From a virus, in the IMG/VR virus record IMGVR_UViG_3300036820_000008, positions 30,580 through 94,579 of that record: DNA of 64,000 bases; one strand, 5' to 3'. The position numbers and the translations under genes are program-made. This document shows, piece by piece, positions 39,796 to 49,102 of this stretch. The stretch's first letter is position 1, and the number at the start of each line of letters is the position of its first letter. Below the pieces are notes generated by a model. It saw only the letters and a list, made by a program, of their open reading frames with translations, ran no database searches and was not told the DNA's origin.

Positions 39796-41261
39796 CTAAG
39801 TCTCTGATCAGGGCTCTGGCCAGCCGTACGGCCGGAGCAGGCCCGATTCCTTTTAACTCGCGCTGGAATGCCAACAATGGCAATCTGTACGGCTCGGGCC
39901 TGCAGGATCGATTCACCCAGCTGAACGCGATGAGCGGTACTGGCACGCTGTTTGCGATCATCCAGCTTCTGAGCACCGGGGCTCAGGCTAGCGGCGGCTG
40001 GAAGATGTATGACAAGAACACAGACGGTCGGGTTCGGTACTCGCAGCACGACAAGGGATCCGACCAGAGGAAAGAGGTCCTGAGGCACTGGGCCCTCGAG
40101 CTCTGGAACAAGCCAAACGCATACATGACTGGCGACCAGTTCCGAGAGATCGGATGGCAGTTCATGGAGCTGGTCGGCGAGTGGTACTGGGTCCTCAACC
40201 GTGGCGCTAGCGGTACGGGTACGCCGGTCGAGATGTGGCCGGTACGCCCGGACCGCATGGAGCCCGTTCCGGATCGAGAGAAGTTCCTCGCTGGCTGGGT
40301 GTACTCCGGCCCTAACGGTGAGCAGGTTCCTCTGCTTCCTAGCGAGGTTATCCAGATCAAGTACCCAAACCCGCTGGATATGTACCGTGGCTTGTCTGCG
40401 ATTCAGTCCCTGCTCGCGGATATCGACTCAGCTAAGTATACGGCAGAGTGGTCTCGCAACTTCTTTCTGAACTCTGCCACGCCCGGCGGCATCGTAACGT
40501 TCGCCAAGAGGCTAAGCGACACCGAGTTCAAAGAGTTCACGAATCGCTGGCGTGAACAGCATCAGGGGGTGGCACGTGGACATCGTGTGGGTGTACTTGA
40601 GCAGGGTGCCACATGGGATCCGAACACGTACACGATGCATGACATGCAGTTCGTTGAACTTCGTAATCTTTCTCGAGACGTCATTCGAGAGGCTTACCGA
40701 ATTCACCAGGCGATGCTCGGGAATAGTCAGGATGTTAACCGCGCTAATGCCGAGACAGCCGAAGAGGTGCACACAACCTGGCATGAGATTCCTCGTCTCA
40801 AGCGTCTGCGTACCGTCTGCAATCACATGTACCTGCCCATGTTCGGCAGCACGGCTATTGGCCGTGAGATGGACTTCGACGATCCGACGCCGAGCAGTTC
40901 AAATGATGCAAACGACGAGCTGACGGCTAAGTCGAAGGCAGCACAGATCTTGGCGACAACCGGGTGGCATCCGGATGATGTGCTCGAGTGTGTCGGTCTT
41001 CCGAATATGCGCTGGATCGGACCGCCAGCCAAGCCAGTGGCGGCCGTCGGGGCTGGCGACAGCGTGCCCGCTATTGGGCCGGGTAATGATGACGATAATC
41101 CACAGCCCGGCAATGTCGGAACGTCCCCGGAGGTCACCCCGATAAGCTCTGGCGATAAACTGAGTGACCTCGACGATCTCCTTATCATGGAGTTTGCAGG
41201 AGTCATAAAGGACGCATTCACCGTTCAGAGGATTAATGGCCATGAGCTGGAGATGGTATGA
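39792..41261 (+). CDS. Portal protein (HK97-type)
   Basis: LWNKPN..MT, MWPVRPDRM, YRGLS, FF.NSATPGG, DMQF.E.R, NRANAE. Confidence 0.95.
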   Translation: MTKSLIRALASRTAGAGPIPFNSRWNANNGNLYGSGLQDRFTQLNAMSGTGTLFAIIQLLSTGAQASGGWKMYDKNTDGRVRYSQHDKGSDQRKEVLRHWALELWNKPNAYMTGDQFREIGWQFMELVGEWYWVLNRGASGTGTPVEMWPVRPDRMEPVPDREKFLAGWVYSGPNGEQVPLLPSEVIQIKYPNPLDMYRGLSAIQSLLADIDSAKYTAEWSRNFFLNSATPGGIVTFAKRLSDTEFKEFTNRWREQHQGVARGHRVGVLEQGATWDPNTYTMHDMQFVELRNLSRDVIREAYRIHQAMLGNSQDVNRANAETAEEVHTTWHEIPRLKRLRTVCNHMYLPMFGSTAIGREMDFDDPTPSSSNDANDELTAKSKAAQILATTGWHPDDVLECVGLPNMRWIGPPAKPVAAVGAGDSVPAIGPGNDDDNPQPGNVGTSPEVTPISSGDKLSDLDDLLIMEFAGVIKDAFTVQRINGHELEMV

Positions 41262-42751
41262 ACACTTACAGGCCCTGGGTTGATGCCCGGAAGATCGTGG
41301 CCTTGTCCACCGGGAAAGCTCCCGAGTGGTACAAGATCAAGAACCTGGCGAACGGCCCGACGCAACTATACATCTACGACGAGATCGGGTATTTCGGCCT
41401 GAGCGCTAGCGACCTTGCACGCGAGCTTGCCGAGATCAGCGGCCCGGTTGACTGCCACATCAACTCTCCCGGCGGGGAGGTGTTCGACGGCATCACGATC
41501 TACAACTGTCTGCAGGCTCGCGGCGACGTTGACGTATACATCGACGGACTCGCGGCTTCCATCGCTAGCGTCATCGCCATGGCCGGCAGAAAGGTGTTCA
41601 TAGCCAAGAACGCCAGGTTCATGGTGCACGACGGTTTCTCGATGGCCGCCGGCAATGCATCCGACATGCGTGAGATGGCCGACCGTCTGGACGACGCCAG
41701 CAACAACATCGCTTCCATCTACGCCGAGCGCACCGGTGACACGGTGGCTCACTGGCGCGAGATCATGCGTGGTGAACGCTGGTACACCGCGCAGGCTGCA
41801 ATCGATGCTGGCCTGGCTGACTCGATGATCGTACATGGCTCAGTGGCGGAGACAAGAGAGGATGCTTCTAATCACTCTCACACTCCGATGACAAACCACA
41901 TTGTGTCAGGAGACCCGACACAGACTGGCTTGAGTAATGCTGCCTCGCACCCGTACCACAGCGAGCACAGCATGATGCACGAGCCGATGACCGGCACGCA
42001 CGCCCATAACCACGCTTGCTTTGAGTGCGGCGATGGAGACGATGGCGTTCACCAGCACGCCCACATGCACGACAACGATGCCGTACACAACCATGGTCAC
42101 ATGACGCACAGCCACAGTCACGATCACGGCATCGGCGATGGTGCACATGACCATGCACACGAGGCAGGACAGAGCTCCTATGGTGCTCACAGCCACGACC
42201 ACGTGCACCACAATGCCTCTGGCCACATCGACCCGGATCATGACGGTGACAATGACGCCACGGCGGCTGGCGACACCGACCACGATTACTGGGCGGGGCC
42301 GGTGACGAACGCAGCTGACAAGGAGCAACGCGCGTACCTGAGGGCTCACATAGATCTGCACGATGCCTCGTACGACAGCACTCCTTGGGATGGTAGTGCT
42401 GCCATGTCGGCCGCCGCTCACAGCGACAATCCGGCCTCGGCCCTCTCCGCAATATGTGCTGGCCGCAGGAGTGGTGATGCCTCGACCGAGGCGGCGCACG
42501 CGCTCCCGCACCACAAGCACCCGGGATCTCCGCCGAACAAGGCCGGAGTAACTGCTGCCCTCGGGCGGCTGAATCAGACACAGGGTCTGAGCAACAAGAG
42601 CGCCGCTGAGGCGCACCTGAAAGCCCACGCGTCTGCATGGGCGAGCGGCTCCGAGGACCACGACCACACCGACATTGGTGACGGTCCGTGGATCAACCCC
42701 ACGGACGAAGAAATAGCCAATTGGACAAAGAACATGAAGGGAATCAAGTAA
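41258..42751 (+). CDS. ClpP-type prohead protease with a His-rich insert and C-terminal extension
   Basis: IYDEIG, INSPGG.VFDG, DGLAASIASVIAMAG, MVHD, ERWYTA..A...GLAD. Confidence 0.92.
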   Translation: MNTYRPWVDARKIVALSTGKAPEWYKIKNLANGPTQLYIYDEIGYFGLSASDLARELAEISGPVDCHINSPGGEVFDGITIYNCLQARGDVDVYIDGLAASIASVIAMAGRKVFIAKNARFMVHDGFSMAAGNASDMREMADRLDDASNNIASIYAERTGDTVAHWREIMRGERWYTAQAAIDAGLADSMIVHGSVAETREDASNHSHTPMTNHIVSGDPTQTGLSNAASHPYHSEHSMMHEPMTGTHAHNHACFECGDGDDGVHQHAHMHDNDAVHNHGHMTHSHSHDHGIGDGAHDHAHEAGQSSYGAHSHDHVHHNASGHIDPDHDGDNDATAAGDTDHDYWAGPVTNAADKEQRAYLRAHIDLHDASYDSTPWDGSAAMSAAAHSDNPASALSAICAGRRSGDASTEAAHALPHHKHPGSPPNKAGVTAALGRLNQTQGLSNKSAAEAHLKAHASAWASGSEDHDHTDIGDGPWINPTDEEIANWTKNMKGIK

Positions 42752-44163
42752 TGGCACCATCGCTTGTTATTCCGGACACAATGGAGGGCCTCGAAGAGAT
42801 GCTCTCCGACACCACCAGGGTCCGCGCCATGATGGGCGAGCCGGGGTCGTTCAAGGAGTTCGTCAACAAGTACGCCCAGAAGCAGTGGGAGAAGGACAAC
42901 GACCTGAAGGCTCAGGTCCGTGACCAGGTTCAGATCACGATGGCCGAGTTCGCCCGCGACAATGGCCTTGGTGGCTCCAGGCTGAACTTCGGCAACAAGA
43001 TCCCGAACATGTCCGTTGCCGACAACAACCGGCGCGTCTCGCACGGCAAGGGTGCGGCGTACAACAAGGCGAGCTACGGCGCGCGGCTGGAGACCGAGCA
43101 GGGTCCCGACAACCAGTTCGAAACATCGGCTGAGTTCTTCCAGGCCATCTGGCCGAAGTTCGAGACGCTGAAGAACTCCGAGACCTTGCGACGCAAGCGT
43201 GACAGCGCGCTGAAGATCCAGAACAGCTACGGCTCCGAGGTTCCCGCCGATGGTGGCTTCCTCATCCCGGAGCGGCTGCGCTCGGACATCCTCGAGGTTG
43301 CCCTGGAGACCGCGATCGTGCGGCCGCGAGCCCAGGTGATCCCCATGGACTCCCTCAGGGTGCCGATCCCCATGATCGACACCACGAGCAACGTGTCGTC
43401 CGTGTTCGGTGGCGTCGTCTGCTACTGGACCGAAGAGGGCGCGGCGCTCGTGGAGTCGCAGGCCACCTTCGGTCGTGTCACGCTGGACGCCAAGAAGCTC
43501 ACCGCGTACGCCGAGGTGCCGAACGAGCTGCTGGCCGATGCTCCCGCGTTCTCATCGTTCTTCGACACCATCTTCCCCCGCGCGATCGCGTGGTACGAGG
43601 ACGTGGCGTTCATGAACGGCACCGGCGTTGGCGAGCCGCTCGGCTTCGTCAACTGCCCGGCCTCCGTTCAGGTCGCCAAGCAGTCCGGCCAGTCGGGCAG
43701 CACCATCGTCTGGGAGAACATCATCGGGATGTTCGCCCGGATGCTCCCGACCGCTCTGGGTAACGCGGTGTGGATCGCGTCGATCGACACCTTCCCCGAG
43801 CTGGCGACCATGGCGCTGTCCGTCGGCACCGGCGGTGGCCCGGTCTGGATGGGCAACTACACCAACCCTGGTGCGTCCACCCCGCCAATCACGATCCTGG
43901 GTCGCCCGGTCCACTTCACGGAGAAGACCCCGCAGCTGGGGACCACCGGTGACATCAGCTTCGTGGACTTCTCGTACTACCTCATCGGTGACCGGCAGAT
44001 GATGCAGTCAGCATCGAGCGAGCAGTACCGGTTCCAGAACGACAAGACGGCGTTCCGCGTCATCGAGCGTCTCGACGGTCGGCCCTGGATCCAGAGCTCG
44101 ATCACCCCTCACAACGGCGGCCCCAACCTGTCTCCGTTCGTCCAGCTCGCGACCCGCTCCTAG
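42751..44163 (+). CDS. Major capsid protein (HK97 fold)
   Basis: GGFLIPE, VPNELLAD, GTGVGEPLG, ILGRPV, F..DKTAFRVIERLDG; strong codon bias. Confidence 0.95.
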   Translation: MAPSLVIPDTMEGLEEMLSDTTRVRAMMGEPGSFKEFVNKYAQKQWEKDNDLKAQVRDQVQITMAEFARDNGLGGSRLNFGNKIPNMSVADNNRRVSHGKGAAYNKASYGARLETEQGPDNQFETSAEFFQAIWPKFETLKNSETLRRKRDSALKIQNSYGSEVPADGGFLIPERLRSDILEVALETAIVRPRAQVIPMDSLRVPIPMIDTTSNVSSVFGGVVCYWTEEGAALVESQATFGRVTLDAKKLTAYAEVPNELLADAPAFSSFFDTIFPRAIAWYEDVAFMNGTGVGEPLGFVNCPASVQVAKQSGQSGSTIVWENIIGMFARMLPTALGNAVWIASIDTFPELATMALSVGTGGGPVWMGNYTNPGASTPPITILGRPVHFTEKTPQLGTTGDISFVDFSYYLIGDRQMMQSASSEQYRFQNDKTAFRVIERLDGRPWIQSSITPHNGGPNLSPFVQLATRS

Positions 44164-44207
44164 TAGCTACGCCGAAACAATTCTCACGAAGATAAGAGGA
44201 TGAGGAT

Positions 44208-44706
44208 ATGGCGCCAAAATCCCTTCAGGATGGCTCTGCAGAAACAAGTTTTGTCGAGTCATTCGGTCTGAATCCAGCAAATGTCTTCAGGTTTGTTCGC
44301 AAAGCCGATGGGGTCATCGAGTTCCATTTGCTGCTCGATGAAGCACCGCCTGAGCTTGCAGAACTGAGGGTGCTATACCCAACGGCAGAGATCACCGTTG
44401 CCGTTTCGGTCCAAGGGAGGCTGTAAGGTGAGTTTCTCATTCTCTGCAGGAGGGTCGCTCGAGGAGACGCTAGCGTCCCTGAACAGCAACAAGCATGACA
44501 ACATGTCTGATGACGGCAAGCTCATTCTTGGGCTAGTCGTCAATTACCTGAAGGATGCACCTGCAGAGATTAGCGGCAGGCCGATTCCGTACTCGGTGTC
44601 CGCCAGTGGGCACCGTGGCAGCGGTACACCGAGCCTGAACATCATGATCTCGGCACCGTACTCGAATCCGTCAATGATACCGAACTCATCGGCTGGCGGA
44701 ATCTGA
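44208..44706 (+). other. Two small genes (44208-44426, 44428-44706)
   Basis: RBSs; follow the capsid gene. Confidence 0.55.
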
Positions 44707-44736
44707 ATTGCCCCTAGGCCGTACCCGGACAGTCCG

Positions 44737-44748
44737 GGAGTAGGCTAA
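44737..44748 (+). promoter_or_regulatory. Promoter-like GGAG-TAGGCT-AA (identical inverted copy at 19553-19564)
   Basis: 12-bp identity, upstream of genes in both places. Confidence 0.55.
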
Positions 44749-44788
44749 ACCAGCTGGGCATTGAAACCCCCAGCGGAGAGGTATTGAA

Positions 44789-45262
44789 ATGTCTGGAATG
44801 GAGAGCCTGGGAAGGCTAAACAATGTCATCCCTGTCGCCGCTGGCGCTGCCTTCAAGATGCGGGGCGCGTCCGTCGCACAGATCGTCTGCACAATCGCGT
44901 CGGGTTCCGACACCTTCACGGTGAGTGAGGCCGACAACTTCGCGATGGACGGAAGTGCCACCCTCAACTGCATCAAGAACATCTACTGGGCTACCGCGCT
45001 GGACGGCACCGAGGCGTGGAACAAGTTCACCTGGGCTGGCGGCACGCCTCTCGATGCGATCACCCTGAACGCGTCCAGCACGGGTACGCCGTCAGCGCTG
45101 TCTGACGCCAAGGTCGGCGTGTTCCACATCTTCACGTCGCAGCTTTCGGATCCGAACGACTACCTGCAGGTGAACGTGGGTGGCTCCGGTCTCGTCGCTG
45201 TTATCCTTGGCGACCTGGTCTCCCAGAGGAACCCGGCCAACCTCGAAGTCCTCGGCTCCTGA
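44789..45262 (+). CDS. Head-associated structural protein
   Basis: Position, codon bias, MESLGRL.N...L..QR.PANL. Confidence 0.7.
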   Translation: MSGMESLGRLNNVIPVAAGAAFKMRGASVAQIVCTIASGSDTFTVSEADNFAMDGSATLNCIKNIYWATALDGTEAWNKFTWAGGTPLDAITLNASSTGTPSALSDAKVGVFHIFTSQLSDPNDYLQVNVGGSGLVAVILGDLVSQRNPANLEVLGS

Positions 45263-45302
45263 CCGGTACCAGCATATAGTACCGAACAGGAGGTAAGGCA
45301 AG

Positions 45303-45785
45303 ATGAGTGCTCTATCAGGCTACAACCTCAAGCAGCTGCTTGGGGAGAACGGCATTGGGGTTGCACCGCAGCTTGCGGTTCAGCCTGCCAAGGTCCTGCC
45401 CGCTACTGCTACAGGTACGCTTTTCACGGTGTCTGGCGCGGTCGTGGTGCTAGGCCTGACTGGCGTCATATCCACAGTGTTCTCGGCAACGGATGTTAAT
45501 CCGACGCTGGGGATCACGAATGAACCGGCAGCTATAGCAGCGGCTCCAGCTGCTGCATTCACCGATAACGCCGTCGGCGATGCCATCAAACTGCCGTCTG
45601 TCCTCGGCGGAGATCTACCGGCCTCGGTTCATGCAAAGGGGTCGGGAGCTTCTCTGGACGCCTTCGTAGTCGAGAACACCAACATCACGATAACAACGGA
45701 CGCGACGAACACTGGCGCGATCACCTGGGTCCTGGCCTGGGTGCCGCTGAACCGCAAGGTTCCCGGTTCCGTCTCGGCCCCGTAG
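45303..45785 (+). CDS. Putative capsid decoration protein (paralog 1)
   Basis: LP.T....LFTVSG...TGAITW...WVPL. Confidence 0.7.
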   Translation: MSALSGYNLKQLLGENGIGVAPQLAVQPAKVLPATATGTLFTVSGAVVVLGLTGVISTVFSATDVNPTLGITNEPAAIAAAPAAAFTDNAVGDAIKLPSVLGGDLPASVHAKGSGASLDAFVVENTNITITTDATNTGAITWVLAWVPLNRKVPGSVSAP

Positions 45786-45795
45786 GAGGTGTGAT

Positions 45796-46296
45796 ATGTC
45801 GGTAATCATCCAGGGGTACCAGCTGCGAGAAATCGCATTTGGCGAGCAGGTCATCACCGAGGACCTCACACTCCCGCAGACAGGAACAGCCGATCTGTTC
45901 ACGGTGTCCGGCGGCCTCGTTCTGCTAACGAGTTTGATCGGCGTTGTCACGACGGTGATCGCCAGCAGCGACCCGGAGCTTACGCTTGGTCTGCACCCAT
46001 CGGCCGGAACAGCGGAGACGGCTGGTCTTGCGACCTCGGAAGCCCTGACGTCGGCAGAGGTTGGATCTCTGATCGGTCTGTCGGACACCTCCGTCGTGTC
46101 TGGCGACCCTGACGTATTCACCGTCGGCCCGCTGCAGGTTGGCGTGCACGCCGGTAATGGGCTGTCTCTTATCAAGCCAATGGTAATCCCGTCGGGATTC
46201 ATCACATGGACAACTGGTGCAAATAAGACCGGTGCGATCAAGTGGTACCTGACTTACGTACCGCTTGACACTGGCGCGTCGGTCGCGGCGAGCTAG
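45796..46296 (+). CDS. Putative capsid decoration protein (paralog 2)
   Basis: LP.T....LFTVSG...TGAIKW...YVPL. Confidence 0.7.
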   Translation: MSVIIQGYQLREIAFGEQVITEDLTLPQTGTADLFTVSGGLVLLTSLIGVVTTVIASSDPELTLGLHPSAGTAETAGLATSEALTSAEVGSLIGLSDTSVVSGDPDVFTVGPLQVGVHAGNGLSLIKPMVIPSGFITWTTGANKTGAIKWYLTYVPLDTGASVAAS

Positions 46297-46305
46297 GGGT
46301 CTGAC

Positions 46306-46638
46306 ATGTGGGATTGTAAGCACTGTGGGTCCAGGATGATCGCAGGCACGCTTGTCGTGTGCCCACAGTGCCGCAAGGCAAGGTCTCCGGGTTCTGCGGA
46401 AACTGAGCCATCGGAAGCGGTAGGGGAAGGATCCGCAGAAGCCGTAGGCTCCGAAATAAGCCCCTCGGCCGACGCTACCCCTACCGCTACCCCCGCGACG
46501 CCCGAAACCGGCCTAGGCTCGGAGCTCCCACCGGACGCCAAGGGATTTACCCCGCCCTCGGCCGGGCCGTCGGAGGCGGATCCGTCTGCCGGAGGCTTTC
46601 TCACGAAAGGATGGGGTGAGTTACATGCCCCGCGTTAG
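46306..46638 (+). CDS. Zn-ribbon protein with low-complexity tail
   Basis: WDCKHC...CPQC. Confidence 0.65.
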   Translation: MWDCKHCGSRMIAGTLVVCPQCRKARSPGSAETEPSEAVGEGSAEAVGSEISPSADATPTATPATPETGLGSELPPDAKGFTPPSAGPSEADPSAGGFLTKGWGELHAPR

Positions 46639-47248
46639 TTCAATCGGTGCCTCGAATGCTGACTTGGCAAGAGAGGCGCTCCGCAGAAAGTGGGGTGTGC
46701 CATCAGCTGGTATCAGCTCCTCGACATCCGCAAGACGGCCCGTACGGAGTGGCTCCAATCGCCGGGCAACGGTGCGACAGACCCGATCGCCTGCCCCCGC
46801 TGTGGAGAGCCCCTCCGCAACGGACCAACCAGCCAGTCAAGCCCCGTCCTCTACTGCACCTTCGACGGATGGCAGTACCCAAGAGACTGGACAAGACCCA
46901 GTCCCCCAACAGGTCTCTTCGGAGGCATCAGCTCCAGCGACTCCAGTTACACCGGATACTACTGAGCCGCCGGCAAGCATTCCTTCGCCCAAGTCACCGC
47001 CCGAGCCAGCTCCGGCTAAGACACAGAAGAAGGCGACTCTGACAACGACACCTTCTGACGAGGCCAAGCCGGTTGCGACAGACGCCAGTACTGCACTACA
47101 TCTGGCTCGCGAGGCTTTCGACATCGGCGATTATGACGCCGCTGAAGAGCTGCTGAACGAGGCCGCTGCCGACAAGTCGCTAGCCCCGATGATTGGGGCT
47201 GCCAGATCTGACATAGCAAGGAAGCGCGCGCAGGCAAAGGCGAAGTAA
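46616..47248 (+). CDS. Pro/Ser/Thr-rich protein with helical C-terminus
   Basis: 210-aa ORF filling the gap to 47329; C-terminal helical hairpin. Confidence 0.55.
   Translation: MSYMPRVSSIGASNADLAREALRRKWGVPSAGISSSTSARRPVRSGSNRRATVRQTRSPAPAVESPSATDQPASQAPSSTAPSTDGSTQETGQDPVPQQVSSEASAPATPVTPDTTEPPASIPSPKSPPEPAPAKTQKKATLTTTPSDEAKPVATDASTALHLAREAFDIGDYDAAEELLNEAAADKSLAPMIGAARSDIARKRAQAKAK
46690..46965 (+). CDS. Small Cys protein SWYQLLDI...ACP.CGEPL...LYC.FDGWQYPRDW, nested in 46616-47248
   Basis: Resembles, from memory, a small gene of actinomycete phage head modules; start GTG 46690 or ATC 46702. Confidence 0.6.
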   Translation: MGCAISWYQLLDIRKTARTEWLQSPGNGATDPIACPRCGEPLRNGPTSQSSPVLYCTFDGWQYPRDWTRPSPPTGLFGGISSSDSSYTGYY

Positions 47249-47328
47249 CCGCCTCATGCAACACAACTTAATAATAGCCATAACCCACCCCGCAAGGGGT
47301 TCTCGCCAAGAAAGCAAGGGACAGGTAA

Positions 47329-48447
47329 ATGGCATCGACGATATACCGTCCGTGCTACGCCACGCGCGAAGAGGTGATGCGCGCGCTGGACATCAAGGCT
47401 GCCGCGTATTCATCGCAGCAGGTAGATCGCAAGATCAATGCTGCATCAGACGCCGTCGACGCCATGTGCCAGCGTGTGTTCTTTCCTACGGACGGGACTA
47501 ACAGGTGGGACTGGCCAAACTACCAGTATACGTACCCTTGGAAGCTTTACTTTGATCAGCTTGAAATGGCTGCCCAGCCGACGCTTGTCGTGACAGGATC
47601 GCTGCTGGAAGTTCCTGTGGTGATCCCGTCCGGCAATTACATCATGGAGCCTGTCAACGAAGGTCCTCCCTTCACATGGATAGAGCTGCGCCGAGATCTC
47701 AACTCTGCCTTTGGAAGTAATGATACTCCTCAGCTTGACATAGCTATAACCGGAACTTTCGGATACTGGACGAAGACCACTCCAGTAGGCATGATCGCTG
47801 CCGCGATAGCCGATGATGTTGTGACGACTGTACAGATGTCTGCAGGCCCGCTAGCCGGAGCAGGTACCGGCGACGTCCTGATTGTTGATGCCGAGCGGAT
47901 GCTCGTTACTGACTCGCAGTATGTGTCTACGGGCATAACTCCGATATCAGGATGTACGTCCAAGTCTGCTGCCGACAACACTATGGTTGTTGCAGACGGA
48001 ACACAATTCAGCCCAGACGAGATTATTCTCTATGACTCCGAGCTGATGCTTGTCCAGACAGTAATGGGCAATAATCTGATCGTCAAGAGGGCATGGAGCG
48101 GATCAGCTCTTGCTACACATAGCGGATCTGATCTTTGGGCCAATAGGCTGCTGACCGTTCAACGGGGCGCTCTTGGGACCACGGCAACGTCACACACTAG
48201 CGACACTAATGCATATATCAGTACTGTGCCAGGATTGGTAAAGGACGTCGCGATAGCCACCGCTCTGACCGGCGTCGCGAATGAGCCCGCCGCGTACGCG
48301 GTTCAGATGGCCGCTAGCTGGTATGGCAGCAACCCAAGGCTTGAGGGGTCGCAGCGAGAGTCGGCTCCTGGCATTGGTCTGCCAGGCCTTGTTGCTCAGC
48401 TCACGGACAGCATTTATGTCCGCAAGGCCCGGAGCCGGGTGATATGA
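47329..48447 (+). CDS. Head-to-tail adaptor
   Basis: YATREEV..AL, AS..VD..C.R.FFP, ITG.FGY; position. Confidence 0.78.
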   Translation: MASTIYRPCYATREEVMRALDIKAAAYSSQQVDRKINAASDAVDAMCQRVFFPTDGTNRWDWPNYQYTYPWKLYFDQLEMAAQPTLVVTGSLLEVPVVIPSGNYIMEPVNEGPPFTWIELRRDLNSAFGSNDTPQLDIAITGTFGYWTKTTPVGMIAAAIADDVVTTVQMSAGPLAGAGTGDVLIVDAERMLVTDSQYVSTGITPISGCTSKSAADNTMVVADGTQFSPDEIILYDSELMLVQTVMGNNLIVKRAWSGSALATHSGSDLWANRLLTVQRGALGTTATSHTSDTNAYISTVPGLVKDVAIATALTGVANEPAAYAVQMAASWYGSNPRLEGSQRESAPGIGLPGLVAQLTDSIYVRKARSRVI

Positions 48448-48767
48448 TAATCATCTGGCACTGCATCGTTCACCTTATGGGGGTGGACTATGGCCTTCCG
48501 TACGGGCACTGGGGGTGGTACAACTTCTGGTCAGGAATCGCTGGATCATTCCTGGTCGGGGCTACGGTGTTCTGCGTGACGTGGTACCTCAATCAGACAT
48601 GCCACGATTCCTGGCGATGCCTCCGGCGCGGGAAGTATGAAGCTGCCGGTGGAATGTTCAAGTTGTGTCGCCATCACCACCCTGATCTTAAAGGGCAGAA
48701 GCCGCACCGAGAACTCATACACAGGTTGCACGCAGAGCATCTAGAACGAGTGGGAGGCAAATCGTGA
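48444..48767 (+). CDS. Membrane protein with His/Cys motif
   Basis: WYNFWSG, TM segment, CH...C.R.G...LCRHHHP. Confidence 0.65.
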   Translation: MIIIWHCIVHLMGVDYGLPYGHWGWYNFWSGIAGSFLVGATVFCVTWYLNQTCHDSWRCLRRGKYEAAGGMFKLCRHHHPDLKGQKPHRELIHRLHAEHLERVGGKS

Positions 48768-49102
48768 AGCATCATCACATAGCACTTGTCACGATAGCCG
48801 GATCCCTCATCACAGCCGTTATCCTCGGCCTCGCGTACTCTGCGGTTACACCTGGTCTGCCGTGGTGGCATGGCGTGTACTGTGCATTGGCGAATGCTGT
48901 CACTGATGGCGGTGACGTACAGCCAGTGAACAAGCCTGGATATGCCATACAGTCTGCGGAATTCCTGACGGTCGTTCCCTTGTTCGTCGCATCGTTCAGC
49001 TTGTTCACGTCTGCTATGTCTGCCGTAAATCAGCGTGCTAGTGAGAGCCGGATAAAGAGACATATCGAATTGCACTCTGGCACAGAAGGGGATGCATCGT
49101 AA
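48764..49102 (+). CDS. KcsA-like two-TM/one-pore mini ion-channel-like protein
   Basis: TM1, WWHGVYCALANAV pore helix, TDGGD filter, VQPV, TM2. Confidence 0.6.
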   Translation: MKHHHIALVTIAGSLITAVILGLAYSAVTPGLPWWHGVYCALANAVTDGGDVQPVNKPGYAIQSAEFLTVVPLFVASFSLFTSAMSAVNQRASESRIKRHIELHSGTEGDAS

